Assembly: GCA_963705705.1 (NCBI GenBank) | Contig: CAVPKK010000003.1 | Location: 136,209 to 200,208 of the forward strand | Origin: an uncultured bacterium | Lineage (GTDB): Bacteria > Babelota > Babeliae > Babelales > JABCYS01 | Direction of reading: 5' to 3' | DNA length: 64,000 nt | Part shown: positions 9,096 through 19,093 of the stretch, piece after piece | Position numbering within the stretch: the stretch's first letter is position 1 | Layout of the letters: every line of letters begins with the position of its first letter | Position numbers and translations under genes: made by a program | Notes under the pieces: generated by a model | The model's database searches: none | Told to the model about the DNA's origin: nothing | Seen by the model: the letters and a program-made list of their open reading frames with translations, nothing else

Positions 9096-11987
9096 ATGCG
9101 TAAATGGCTTGGTTTTTTCTTTCGTTTCTTATTCGCAATATTTCTTGGCGGATGCATTGCGCTATTTATTATTCAACGTGATGAACGATTTAAGCATACT
9201 GTTGAAGGGCACATTAAAGAGTTCTTTAAGACAAGTTATGCAGCTGATATTTCTTGCAAAGTGACCGGCATTAATTTATTGCGGCCTTCTCTTACCGTCG
9301 AATCAGTAGTGGTAACGCCAACAAGTACCGATGATACGAGCTGGCGGTGGACTGCGCGGGGTGGTACCGTATCATCATCTTGGCTTAAAATGTTGCTTGC
9401 TCGGGCGATGCCAATTACGGTTGAAATAGAAGATGCGCGCGCAGATTCAGCTGTTATTGGTAGACAACCTGCAATACTCGAACATCTGAATCGCTTGTTT
9501 GCGCTTCCGGATGTTGGCATACCTGTATTTTTGAAAAAGATTCATCTTGCTAAATCATTTTTCCGCCTGGCCAATGCCAAGATGGAACTGCTTTGTCCAT
9601 TACAAGCCGTTTTGGAACGTGTCGAGAATGCAACAAAATTAACCTGCTATCCAACCGATAGTACGATTTTGTATCAGCAGATACCGTATGCACAAGATGT
9701 ACAAGGTACTGTGTTGCTGGAGTTTATGGATAATGAAGCATCTCCGTATATTAATATTTCCCTTACGGGTAAGTTGCCAATATTAGCTCCCGAGCAAACC
9801 AGCTGCTTCTGCTATGGCTCGTGGCAACAGGGCCGTGGAGCTTTTTCATTGCATAATGCTGACCGCTCATTTGTTATTGATCCCCTTAATATTGATAGTG
9901 ATTCTAATATTGATGTTGCACTGTCTGCCCCAATCGCTTGCATGCAGAAAATTGCTACTTCAAAACAAGGTGCTGCCTCATGCACTGGACGTTGCTCAGC
10001 GCACATTGTGGCAAATCTATTGGATCCGCTTCATACGCTACGCGCAGATTGTTCGTTGCATGATGCATCTATTAAAGGTATCAATTTGCCGACAACCCAG
10101 TTTGTTATAAGTGCCGACAAAAACCGTAAAAATGAACATGCTGGATTAGCCCACGGCATCATTGATATACAAATACCTAATGCAGCATTTAGTGGCTCTT
10201 GGCAATGGAATGATCTTACCGGTGGCAACCTTTCCATGATCAATAATAAGATAATGCAGGTGCCATTGAGCAGATATTGGCAACTTCTACCTGGCCAGCT
10301 GGAAATGCAAGCATCGGTAGATCATCAGGGAACTGCGACGATCGGTGTTGCGTGCACTCTTAAGAATGACCGCTTTGGAACTACAATGAAAAGTAATGGC
10401 AACCTCATCATGCAGGGCACGGAACTGAGTGGTAAGCTTAATTTTGGCCCATCTCCGGATGCTAATAATATATCAGGATCGCCTCAAGCTAAGAATTTGG
10501 CGCTGGGTAAGAATGGAAAAAAGTCACAACGCGCTGGTAATGGGAATCATCGGGAAAATAAAGTTGCGTTTACTGCCGATTTAGCACAGCGAAAAATTAC
10601 TCATGCTGCATATCATGATGAAAAGGGGACATGCCTGGCGAAAATTGATTTTCAAGATGGTAAAAATAAAAGTTGGAAAGGATTCTTCGATTACCAGCTA
10701 ATTCTTTCTCTTTTGCCACAGAAGATTCGAGATGAACTTAATGGCCAAGGAATTTTTAATATAAACCTTGAGCGGACGGGCAACAGTCAGTTAATCAAAG
10801 GTTCGATATCGTTGGCCGGGGCTGCGATTAAATTGCCACAATTGTATAACTTTATTACTGCGTTTAATGCTGGTGTGCAGATAGATGCTGCAAAGCGCAC
10901 GATTGCAATCAATGACCTTGATCTAAAATTCAATCGTGGTGCACTGTATAGTAAACGATTGAGTTGCCATTTAAATGATCATTACGTGCCTTCATTTATA
11001 TATGCACCAATTATTATCGAAGATCTATTTGTAAGTTGGCATCATGATATCTTCGGCATTCTCTCGGGCATGATGACCTTTGAGACGCCTATTCGCTCTG
11101 CCACGCAGACGCAAAATGCTCCTGGGCAATCACTTCTTAAAGGCTTACTCTTTATTGATCGCACACAAATTAATATCGGCAATATTTTTAATCAGCAAAG
11201 TATAAGCCCACTGGCTACCTCAGTGCCTGTTCCGGGAAATGATGATGTTCAGCTTGATATCGCTCTTAAAACGCGTGATCATTGCACAATACAAACAGGC
11301 GTTGTAGATGCACGAGCAAAAGCAGATCTGACTATTGGCGGTCAACTACAACAACCGGTTATTTCTGGCAGCATTGATGTGCTTTCGGGTGAACTTAAAT
11401 TTCCATATAAACCATTGCATATTACGCACGGCAAACTTTATTTCTTGCCAAACCAGCTCCAGGATCCTCTTATCGAAATAACTGCAAAAAATAAAATAAA
11501 AAAATACCAAGTAACATTACAAATAAATGGCTCAGCTCAGTCACCACACATTCACGTAGAATCTGATCCAACGCTTACTGAAGAACAAGTTCTCGCATTG
11601 TTATTTGCCGGCGTAGAAGACAGTTCGCTCAATGTGCTTATGCCAACGTTGGTGACGCAAAGCATGCAGCAAGTGATGTTTGGCCAAAATGGATCTACGC
11701 AACCAACCAATGCGGTTACAAGCTATCTTAAATCATGGTTGAAGCCGCTAGCACACGTTCGCATTGTGCCTCGTTTTAATGATGAAGGCGGTCGTGGCGG
11801 TTTGCGCGGCGCAATCGAAATTGAAGTAAGCGAAGATTTTGAAGCAATGATTGAAAAAAACTTTAGCTTGCCCGAAGATTATAAAATCAATGTTGAATAC
11901 TCGATCTCAGATGATGTAAGCATCCGCGGCATAAGAGATGAGCGCGGCGACTTCGGTGGCGAAATGGAACTCCGCTGGAAATTCTAG
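9096..11987 (+). CDS. TamB/DUF490-like translocation-assembly protein
   Basis: N-terminal TM anchor, beta-rich body, C-terminal DUF490-like segment (DLTIGGQLQQPVISGSI...SDPTLTEEQVLALL...ELRWKF). Confidence 0.75.
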   Translation: MRKWLGFFFRFLFAIFLGGCIALFIIQRDERFKHTVEGHIKEFFKTSYAADISCKVTGINLLRPSLTVESVVVTPTSTDDTSWRWTARGGTVSSSWLKMLLARAMPITVEIEDARADSAVIGRQPAILEHLNRLFALPDVGIPVFLKKIHLAKSFFRLANAKMELLCPLQAVLERVENATKLTCYPTDSTILYQQIPYAQDVQGTVLLEFMDNEASPYINISLTGKLPILAPEQTSCFCYGSWQQGRGAFSLHNADRSFVIDPLNIDSDSNIDVALSAPIACMQKIATSKQGAASCTGRCSAHIVANLLDPLHTLRADCSLHDASIKGINLPTTQFVISADKNRKNEHAGLAHGIIDIQIPNAAFSGSWQWNDLTGGNLSMINNKIMQVPLSRYWQLLPGQLEMQASVDHQGTATIGVACTLKNDRFGTTMKSNGNLIMQGTELSGKLNFGPSPDANNISGSPQAKNLALGKNGKKSQRAGNGNHRENKVAFTADLAQRKITHAAYHDEKGTCLAKIDFQDGKNKSWKGFFDYQLILSLLPQKIRDELNGQGIFNINLERTGNSQLIKGSISLAGAAIKLPQLYNFITAFNAGVQIDAAKRTIAINDLDLKFNRGALYSKRLSCHLNDHYVPSFIYAPIIIEDLFVSWHHDIFGILSGMMTFETPIRSATQTQNAPGQSLLKGLLFIDRTQINIGNIFNQQSISPLATSVPVPGNDDVQLDIALKTRDHCTIQTGVVDARAKADLTIGGQLQQPVISGSIDVLSGELKFPYKPLHITHGKLYFLPNQLQDPLIEITAKNKIKKYQVTLQINGSAQSPHIHVESDPTLTEEQVLALLFAGVEDSSLNVLMPTLVTQSMQQVMFGQNGSTQPTNAVTSYLKSWLKPLAHVRIVPRFNDEGGRGGLRGAIEIEVSEDFEAMIEKNFSLPEDYKINVEYSISDDVSIRGIRDERGDFGGEMELRWKF

Positions 11988-12056
11988 GGCACGCCCTAGA
12001 ACCCATTACGCAATCATCGGCTTCGTAGGCGAGTCATTTTTATTTTCGCAAAACAC
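11983..12056 (+). repeat. Repeat module E plus degenerate module C
   Basis: TCTAGGGCACGCCCTAGA...CGTAGGCGAGTC, then TTCGCAAAACACT shared with the C module near 8610. Confidence 0.65.
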
Positions 12057-12188
12057 TTCGATGAGTGGATCGAGTCTATTGAAAAAAAATATTGCATAGT
12101 GTTATGATATAGCCAACAAAAAGGGTCGCATGGAGGGTTTACCCTCCATATGAAAAGATACGCAAGCAATACCTTAAGGAGAGTTCGC

Positions 12189-12966
12189 ATGCATAAATTA
12201 CTATCAATTCTACTGCTACTACCCATATCATTATTCGCAGCTTGGGACGATCCAGACAAAGACAACTTTTTCTGCCGACTCAATCCATTATGGTCATGGA
12301 GCAAAGCACAAAAAGAATGCGAACGTATTCCCGATGGCCAAACCAAATCACCAGTGCAGCAATTAGATGAATTTCTCGAATTAGCAGAATGTTGGGAAGC
12401 CAATGGATTTGATCCAAATGAACCTTCAGAACTGCTTTGTCAGCGATGTACTGGATTTGCGATCGAGCGAATACTTGCGGCCTATGAAAAATCTTTATTG
12501 CATCGCAACTTATTAACTGATCAGGATATTGAACTGCTTGAAAAGATTAAGGTTGCTGCTCATGTTCGGAACCCAGCTGATCCCAAAAAGGGATTTTTTG
12601 AATTTTGGCTCAAGCAAAAAATTGGTGGTCCAATAAAGCTAGATGAGGGTACGGCAGGAACTTTTGGCATGATAGATAGAGTTGATGAAGCACTCAACAC
12701 TGGCAAGGAGAATATTGAGCGTGCTGCAATGTTGCCGAAAATTCTGCTTATGAGCAGCGCACTGGTTGGGATTGGTTATTGGATATTTTTGCGATATGAA
12801 TCTGAATTAGAAAGCGCAGCGCATGCAGTAGGGTCGGGGGCCAGAGACATTGTATCATGAGGCTGGGCATGCAGTACAGGTGGCAAATCAACAAGTACAA
12901 AATGCGGAACATGCAATCCAACATGCAGTGCAACAAGGAGTGGAGAAGATTGATGATAAGTTTTAG
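12189..12966 (+). CDS. Exported hypothetical protein with C-terminal TM segment; probable single-base frameshift near 12837-12842
   Basis: Signal peptide MHKLLSILLLLPISLFA. As read it stops at 12860, but the shifted frame continues ETLYHEAGHAVQ...EHAIQHAVQQGVEKIDDKF* (TAG 12964-12966). Confidence 0.6.
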
Positions 12967-13525
12967 GCAATTATTTTTTGCATCAACCATATTTTTCTTT
13001 CAACTTGATGCTATCGAAGTCTACTTCTCGCCACATGGCAATATTGAATCTAAGATCGTCAAATATATTGGAAAAGAACAGCGCAGTCTTAAGGCAGCAT
13101 TATATTGGTTTACCAGTGAACCAATTGCCCGCGCTCTCATCGCGGCGAAAAAACGTGGTGTAGAAATAGAATTGATCGTTGATCATGATACGGTAACGGG
13201 TGTCGCCGGAAAGGCTGATGAGATTGCACAAGAGGGAATTCCCGTATTTGTATACAATGGCGGCAATGCGAGCATCATGCATCATAAATTTTGGATTTTT
13301 AGTGATGGCACTCTTATTACCGGTTCATTTAATCCTACGCAACGTGCAAATAAAGCCAATCATGAGAATATTATTATTATTGAAGATCCTGCTGTTGCAT
13401 CACAATATGAACAAGAATTTGATCGATTGAAAAAAGTTTGCGCACCCTACAGCAAGCGCCGTTCAAGATCGAATTGGCCAACATTTCGGATTGATAAGAC
13501 AATTTGTGAATGGCTTGGTTTTTAG
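12953..13525 (+). CDS. Phospholipase D-family single-HKD nuclease (Nuc/Zucchini-like), exported
   Basis: EVYFSP, IMHHKFWIFSDG, TGSFNPT, ANHEN; signal peptide. Confidence 0.85.
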   Translation: MISFRQLFFASTIFFFQLDAIEVYFSPHGNIESKIVKYIGKEQRSLKAALYWFTSEPIARALIAAKKRGVEIELIVDHDTVTGVAGKADEIAQEGIPVFVYNGGNASIMHHKFWIFSDGTLITGSFNPTQRANKANHENIIIIEDPAVASQYEQEFDRLKKVCAPYSKRRSRSNWPTFRIDKTICEWLGF

Positions 13526-13551
13526 GGTTAATCTGCTTTAGAAAAACAAAT

Positions 13552-14493
13552 CTAATTATTTCTAAGCTTTTGTATTAATTGCTGAAAATCATCAGGAGCT
13601 GGTTCGGTAAATGAGAATGGTTCATTCTCGAATGCGAATGCTAAAGCTGTAGCATGCAATGCTTGTCGCGAAATAAATTTACTGGTAATTCCATACACCG
13701 CATCGCCAAGCAATGGATGGCCGATAGCAGCAAAATGCACACGAATTTGGTGAGTTCTGCCGGTGACAGGTTTTACCTCTACTAGCGCCGCATCTTTAAA
13801 TCGTTCCAAAACCCGATAATACGTCGTCGCAGCGCGACCGGTAATGCGCCATTTCTCAGCCATCGCTTGATCAACGTGCGTCATGCGATTTTTCATAGTT
13901 GGATGCCGCGCTATAGGATATGAAATAACCCCCTCATCAACTGGCTGACTCCTAACAATTGCAACATACGTCTTTTGCATATAACGCGACTTAAATAGAT
14001 CACCGAAGATTGTATGTGCATAATTATTGCGTGGTATAACCATCAACCCGGAAGTGTTTTTATCCAGACGATGTACAATACCTGGGCGGTCGGGCTTGCC
14101 AACGGCCGCCACTTCTTGAAATTTTTTTAGTAACCAGTCGACCAACGTGATGGCATTAGCTTCAGGCAATGGTGCATGGACCATCAATCCGGCGGGCTTA
14201 TATATAATGTAAAATTGCGGATGCTCGAAAACAATACGGACACCAAGATCGCCTTCAAATGGCTTTGGTATTCCTAGGGGAGGCAATGGCGGGATAAAAA
14301 TCGTTATTTCTTCCTGGCCCTTCAATATATAGCTTGGTTTTTCAACGACCATGCCATTTGCTTGTACATGGCCATCAAAAACAAGTTTCTGAAAATAGGT
14401 ACGAGAATAGGCTGGAAATTTTTTTACTAAAAAAAGATCAACACGTTGATTTGCTTCATCAACAATGACTGAAAATGTATGGTTGATTTGCAT
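13552..14493 (-). CDS. rluD: RluD-family 23S rRNA pseudouridine synthase
   Basis: N-terminal S4 domain, GIVHRLDKNTSGL, TGRTHQIRVH. Confidence 0.9.
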   Translation of the reverse strand: MQINHTFSVIVDEANQRVDLFLVKKFPAYSRTYFQKLVFDGHVQANGMVVEKPSYILKGQEEITIFIPPLPPLGIPKPFEGDLGVRIVFEHPQFYIIYKPAGLMVHAPLPEANAITLVDWLLKKFQEVAAVGKPDRPGIVHRLDKNTSGLMVIPRNNYAHTIFGDLFKSRYMQKTYVAIVRSQPVDEGVISYPIARHPTMKNRMTHVDQAMAEKWRITGRAATTYYRVLERFKDAALVEVKPVTGRTHQIRVHFAAIGHPLLGDAVYGITSKFISRQALHATALAFAFENEPFSFTEPAPDDFQQLIQKLRNN

Positions 14494-14656
14494 AGTAACG
14501 CCCCAATTTTTATCGGTTTTTTATTAAATATACGTATATAAATTGGCTAGGCAAATGCCCTGGACACCTTTAAGCCATTAAGCTACATTCCACAGACTTA
14601 GCCTTTCGATACATTTGACCTTGGGTCAAATACTCAGAATGAGCGTTAGGACGAAT

Positions 14657-16027
14657 ATGCCAACGATTATACCAGAACACTTATTCGAAGAGATTAAGGA
14701 TAATTTATCAGCCGTGGTAAAAAAGGAGCCTGATATAGGTTTACACCTATGGGAGGCTTTAACAGAGTTGCATTCGGCCGATATATCAACCTTTCTTGAA
14801 AGCCTTGAACATGATCAGGTTCGCGCTTTGTATCTTACTTTCCCACCTGAATTACAACTCGATGTTTTTCAAGATCTTCCGGATTCACTCAAGGTGTATT
14901 GTCTCTCATTCCTTGACGATCACCATAGAACATTAATATTAAATGGTACGCCCCTTGACGAGCTGACCGACTTATTTGATATTCTGCCTGACGAGGAGCT
15001 CAAAAAGTACCTTCGGCTCCTGCATAAGACTGATCGCGATGCCATTCTTTCATTATTAAATTTCGATCCCGAGTCAGCCGGCGGTATCATGGAAACCGAT
15101 GTGCTTTCCTTGATGGAAGATTACACAGTTGAGAAGAGTGTGCGCGTATTGCAGCGTTTACAGCCAGAGGCAGAGCTGCATCGACGTATTTTTGTGACAG
15201 ACCAGGCTAATAGATTAGTGGGCTATATCAATCTTGAAGATTTGGTACTAAAAGCACCGCAAACACGTATTTCCAGCTTCATGCAAAAAAATGAGTTTGT
15301 GGTTAATGTGTATGAGGATCAGGAGAAGGTCGCTCGCGATATGATGCACTACGGCTTGGAATGGGTGGCAGTCGTAGACGATAATAATATGTTCTTGGGT
15401 ATGATTTCATCAGATAGATTGGTTGATGTACTTGAGCATGAGGCGAGCGAAGACGTCTACAAAATGGCCACGATGGCGCCCATCAAAAAGCCCTATTTTG
15501 ATACCAGTTTTGGTCGTTTAGTGCTAGAGCGGAGCTGGGTACTTATTGTTCTTCTCATCGCGCAGACCTTTTCAAGCTATATCATTGAGTCATACCAAGG
15601 ATTGTTGGCCGGTTTTCTCATGTTCTTTTTGCCTATGCTTATTTCGGCCGGTGGCAATGCAAGCAGTCAAACATCTGCCATTGCTATTCAAGGCTCAGCA
15701 TCAGGTGAGATTCATGCGGGTAATATGTATAAGTTTATTAAGCGTGAATTTATGATCGGGTGCATCATTGCAGTGACACTTGGTTTTTTCTCATTCGGTC
15801 GTATTATCTTTATGTATGGCACAGAAAAAATGTTGGCTGCAATTGCCGTGAGTTCTTCATTGACGGTGATCGTTTTGGTTTCGGTGCTACTCGGTTCATA
15901 TTTCCCATTCTTACTCAAGCGGTTGAACCTTGACCCTGCCTTCTCGGCTGGACCTGGTTTGGCCACGGTCATGGATATCCTTGGCCTGCTTATCTACTGT
16001 TACGTAAGTCGATTACTCCTCAGTTAA
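14657..16027 (+). CDS. mgtE: Magnesium transporter MgtE
   Basis: ESAGGIM, CBS pair, GGNASSQ, DPAFSAGP...TVMD. Confidence 0.92.
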   Translation: MPTIIPEHLFEEIKDNLSAVVKKEPDIGLHLWEALTELHSADISTFLESLEHDQVRALYLTFPPELQLDVFQDLPDSLKVYCLSFLDDHHRTLILNGTPLDELTDLFDILPDEELKKYLRLLHKTDRDAILSLLNFDPESAGGIMETDVLSLMEDYTVEKSVRVLQRLQPEAELHRRIFVTDQANRLVGYINLEDLVLKAPQTRISSFMQKNEFVVNVYEDQEKVARDMMHYGLEWVAVVDDNNMFLGMISSDRLVDVLEHEASEDVYKMATMAPIKKPYFDTSFGRLVLERSWVLIVLLIAQTFSSYIIESYQGLLAGFLMFFLPMLISAGGNASSQTSAIAIQGSASGEIHAGNMYKFIKREFMIGCIIAVTLGFFSFGRIIFMYGTEKMLAAIAVSSSLTVIVLVSVLLGSYFPFLLKRLNLDPAFSAGPGLATVMDILGLLIYCYVSRLLLS

Positions 16028-16032
16028 GCAAT

Positions 16033-16062
16033 AAAAAAAGCACCCTCAAAAAGAAGGTGCTT
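16033..16062 (-). terminator. Rho-independent terminator after the tRNA pair
   Basis: AAGCACC...GGTGCTT stem followed by a T run on the minus strand. Confidence 0.65.
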
Positions 16063-16067
16063 AATCT

Positions 16068-16143
16068 TGGCGTCCCCACCGAGATTTGAACTCGGGTTCC
16101 TACCGTGAAAGGGTAGTGTCCTAGACCACTAGACGATGAGGAC
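16068..16143 (-). tRNA. tRNA-Glu (TTC), CCA encoded
   Basis: Cloverleaf; anticodon arm CTACC-CTTTCAC-GGTAG; T-loop GTTCAAATC. Confidence 0.95.
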
Positions 16144-16158
16144 CAATTCTACTAAAAA

Positions 16159-16231
16159 TGAGCCGCGATGGACTCGAACCATCGACCCACAGCTTAAAAG
16201 GCTGTTGCTCTACCACCTGAGCTAGCGGCTC
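16159..16231 (-). tRNA. tRNA-Lys (TTT)
   Basis: Cloverleaf; anticodon arm ACAGC-CTTTTAA-GCTGT; T-loop GTTCGAGTC. Confidence 0.95.
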
Positions 16232-16295
16232 CTATTACTTACAAAACAATTTTAATGAAAAGTGCGATACAAACTATAGGGAGCGGGCCCCTTTG

Positions 16296-16400
16296 TCAAG
16301 ATAATCCTTAATTTACCGGCATTTTCCCCATGTTCGCGCCGCTCGTATCCTTCGACAGGCTCAGGACGAGCGGATTCTTCTCAAGATAATCCTTAATTTA
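16296..16400. repeat. Palindromic module A (16339-16373) between exact 20-bp direct repeats
   Basis: TCAAGATAATCCTTAATTTA at 16296-16315 and 16381-16400 flank CCGCTCGTATCCTTCGACAGGCTCAGGACGAGCGG. Confidence 0.85.
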
Positions 16401-16412
16401 AGGGCGTTTCGC

Positions 16413-18329
16413 CTACACACGCCTTTTGAATTTCCGTTCAATTTCCGACAAGTTCAATAGCCAGCTAGTTGGCCGGCCATGAGGGCAGGTGAGTCTATTA
16501 GGGGCCGCCTGCAAATCCACCAACAGTTGGTCAATCTGCTCCTTACTCAGTTTGTCCCCCGCCTTAACAGCCGCTTTGCATGCCATCATTGCCCGCATCT
16601 GATGAATAATTTTGAGTTTAAGCTGTTCCCTATCCAGGTTTTGATTTTCATATACCCAACTAACAAGCTCTTTGAGAAGATCTTGAATATCAATTCGTTT
16701 GCTAGCCATCGGAAGGGCGGTGACTATTAACTGAGCAGCTCCGACCTGCTCAATCTCGATCCCTTCCGCCTGGAGTACAGGTAGATACTGAGTTAGTACG
16801 CTGATGTCTTCGGAAGACATTTGTACCACCTGAGGGAAAACTAACTTGGTGGGTGTTTGTTCATCGAACCGCTGCAGGAACCGTTCAAATAAAATCCGCT
16901 CGTGCGCCGCATGCTGATCTACAATGAGCAATCCATTGGGATGATCAAGTAATATGTAGGTATCATTGAACTGGCCTATAAGGTTGTGGGTTTCGAAAGA
17001 AAGTAATGAGTCGGCGGTAAGTAAAGTGTCAGGATTATTAGACGGGGGTATGTGGCCCCGTTCATCCTGAGGATTCGACAGGCTCATTTTCGCGCTTTGA
17101 TTCTTCGATCCTTCGACGGGCTCAGGAGTAAACTTCGACTTTGTCGAACTCAGAACGAGCGCGTTCAAGCCAGTTTGAGATGCCAGTGCATCGGTGGAAC
17201 TATTTTGCGCAGCAAAATGTACGCTTCCATCTTGCTCAGGCCTAGCGGGATCTTCCACTCGCTTTGAAATGGATCCAGCTCCAAATACATCATCCGAAAA
17301 ATCTGGCAGTATTTGCGTTTGCCTTTGCAACAATCTGCTAACTTTGTTCTGCAGCGCCGCCTGTACAGTCATCTGTATAGCCTGTTCCACCATCCGTGGA
17401 TGGGCAAACTGTACTTCTTCTTTCCTCGGGTGAACATTTATATCTACTTCAGCGGGTGGGACAGAAATTGAAACGCACGCAAACGGATATTTCCCGTGCG
17501 GTAACACATTGGCATAACCCCTAACCAGTGCGCGACCCAGCTGCTGATTTTTTACCCAACGCCTATTAGTAAAAAAGAATATTCTGCTGCGATCAAAACG
17601 GTGATATTGATGATCAGAGATTATACCTTCTATTGAGATACCATTAACGGCATACGATATAGGTAAAATATGATTGCCTAATGATGGATCCCATAATTGT
17701 AAGGCGCGTTCAGCTAGTGATGAGACTGGCGGGCAACGGTGTGTTAATGAATCGTTGTGGTAGAGCGTCCACGAAATTTCTGGATAATTAAGGGCAAAGC
17801 TTTGAAACAGCTGCAATATTTGATGCCACTCAGTTTCATTACTGCGCAAAAACTTTTTTCGTGCCGGTATATTAAAGAAAAGTGACTGTACCGTTATTGA
17901 ACTACCGATGTTGCATGACGTTGACTCTTGGCTTGTCACCACCCCTGCGGCTAAAGATAATTTGATTCCCTCGAGACTATTCGGCTGTTTGGTTACTAAT
18001 GTTACCTGGCTTACAGCTGCTATGCTCGAGAGTGCCTCGCCCCGAAATCCAAAAGTATTCACCTGAGGCAAGTCGAGTACCGATGTTAATTTGCTCGTGG
18101 CATGATGCTCAAAGCAATTCCGCGCATCTTCGGCATCCATGCCGCATCCATTATCAATGATTTGAATTGATTGTTTGCCGCCCTGGGCAATGCGAACTGT
18201 GATCTCGGTCGCCTGGGCATCAAGCGCATTTTCAATGAGCTCTTTAACGACGTTGGCGGGTCGTTCAACGACTTCGCCTGCGGCAATTTTACTGATTTCT
18301 TCGGGTGCTAATTTTTTTATGCGTGGCAT
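16413..18329 (-). CDS. mutL: DNA mismatch repair protein MutL
   Basis: KIAAGEVVERP, GFRGEAL, endonuclease motif DQHAAHER, CPHGRP. Confidence 0.97.
   Translation of the reverse strand: MPRIKKLAPEEISKIAAGEVVERPANVVKELIENALDAQATEITVRIAQGGKQSIQIIDNGCGMDAEDARNCFEHHATSKLTSVLDLPQVNTFGFRGEALSSIAAVSQVTLVTKQPNSLEGIKLSLAAGVVTSQESTSCNIGSSITVQSLFFNIPARKKFLRSNETEWHQILQLFQSFALNYPEISWTLYHNDSLTHRCPPVSSLAERALQLWDPSLGNHILPISYAVNGISIEGIISDHQYHRFDRSRIFFFTNRRWVKNQQLGRALVRGYANVLPHGKYPFACVSISVPPAEVDINVHPRKEEVQFAHPRMVEQAIQMTVQAALQNKVSRLLQRQTQILPDFSDDVFGAGSISKRVEDPARPEQDGSVHFAAQNSSTDALASQTGLNALVLSSTKSKFTPEPVEGSKNQSAKMSLSNPQDERGHIPPSNNPDTLLTADSLLSFETHNLIGQFNDTYILLDHPNGLLIVDQHAAHERILFERFLQRFDEQTPTKLVFPQVVQMSSEDISVLTQYLPVLQAEGIEIEQVGAAQLIVTALPMASKRIDIQDLLKELVSWVYENQNLDREQLKLKIIHQMRAMMACKAAVKAGDKLSKEQIDQLLVDLQAAPNRLTCPHGRPTSWLLNLSEIERKFKRRV
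17056..17255. repeat. Three palindromic repeat pieces in-frame in the MutL linker
   Basis: 17091-17163 resembles composite D at 44668-44770; 17059-17086 is the inverted D right end; ~17198-17255 encodes PARPEQDGSVHFAAQN, similar to PARPEPVDPSIHFASQN at 8568. Confidence 0.8.
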
Positions 18330-18391
18330 GGTGCATTACAAAGTTAAATTTATTTTGATTCGGCTTGATTCCGGATAGAAGCATCCAATCT

Positions 18392-18460
18392 AGGGTCCGT
18401 TCCCTCCCCTAGACCCCTCCCCACTTTCTCTTCGGAGGGAGAAATCCCTCCGTGCACCCT
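18392..18460 (+). repeat. Repeat module F (AGGGTCCGTTCCCTCCCCT...GGAGGG-loop-CCCTCC)
   Basis: 19-bp identity with 33419-33437 and the same downstream hairpin architecture. Confidence 0.75.
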
Positions 18461-18514
18461 TTTTCTGTAAGAGCAGGTCAATGACATTTCTAATTTGTGA
18501 AATAATACCAGATT

Positions 18515-19090
18515 TTATTCCAATTCAGCTGGGAATTCATGTTGCTGCACAGATTCAGCGGCATCTTTCCAGGTGCCTTGAAGGGTAAAGGTAATTATTT
18601 TTTTCTGTTCACCGATTGATGTTAAATGCATATCATCAACATATGGGCTCGCATTAAGAAGTTCAAGGAATGTTACTGCCGCTTTAGCATCAGCTGCTTC
18701 ACATACCATAGTAATTCGTGCGCCCAATTCTCCCTCAATGTTAGTAATTCGGACCGTTGTCGGAATTGTGCGGGCAAGCATCGTGAGTAAACGATGGGCA
18801 GCACCATTCTTTTGGCGCATATTACCAAGCGTTTGTAGTCGTTGTTGGATATCTTGTTGCTCTTTAAGCAACATTTTTTTCCGATGATTGAACTGCTCAA
18901 ATTGCACATTATTTCCTTGCAATTCAGTCAATTCTTGAATGGTGGAGCTGCAGATACGCAGACGAGCATAATGGACAACCACCATGCTAATAACGAGCGC
19001 AATAATAAAACACGCTGAGCCATAAAACCATAATTGCAGTTCACGCTGTTTCTGCGGTGGAACTGGATCAATAAAGTTTATGCTTTTCAT
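18515..19090 (-). CDS. PilN/GspL-like fimbrial assembly protein
   Basis: INFI start motif, one TM helix, coiled coil, LARTIPTTVRITNI PilN-like segment. Confidence 0.65.
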   Translation of the reverse strand: MKSINFIDPVPPQKQRELQLWFYGSACFIIALVISMVVVHYARLRICSSTIQELTELQGNNVQFEQFNHRKKMLLKEQQDIQQRLQTLGNMRQKNGAAHRLLTMLARTIPTTVRITNIEGELGARITMVCEAADAKAAVTFLELLNASPYVDDMHLTSIGEQKKIITFTLQGTWKDAAESVQQHEFPAELE

Positions 19091-19093
19091 AAC

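Noticed and set aside
10445..10560. Polar insert-like segment in the TamB-like protein
   Set aside because: No match to the repeat modules and no clear palindrome; cannot be called an insertion without orthologs
12857..12952. Long Met/Gln-rich N-terminal extension of the PLD nuclease
   Set aside because: Better explained as the shifted C-terminus of the upstream gene; the signal peptide begins at 12953
16068..16231. tRNAs as integration site of an island
   Set aside because: Flanked by mgtE and mutL; no integrase or duplicated tRNA 3' end seen
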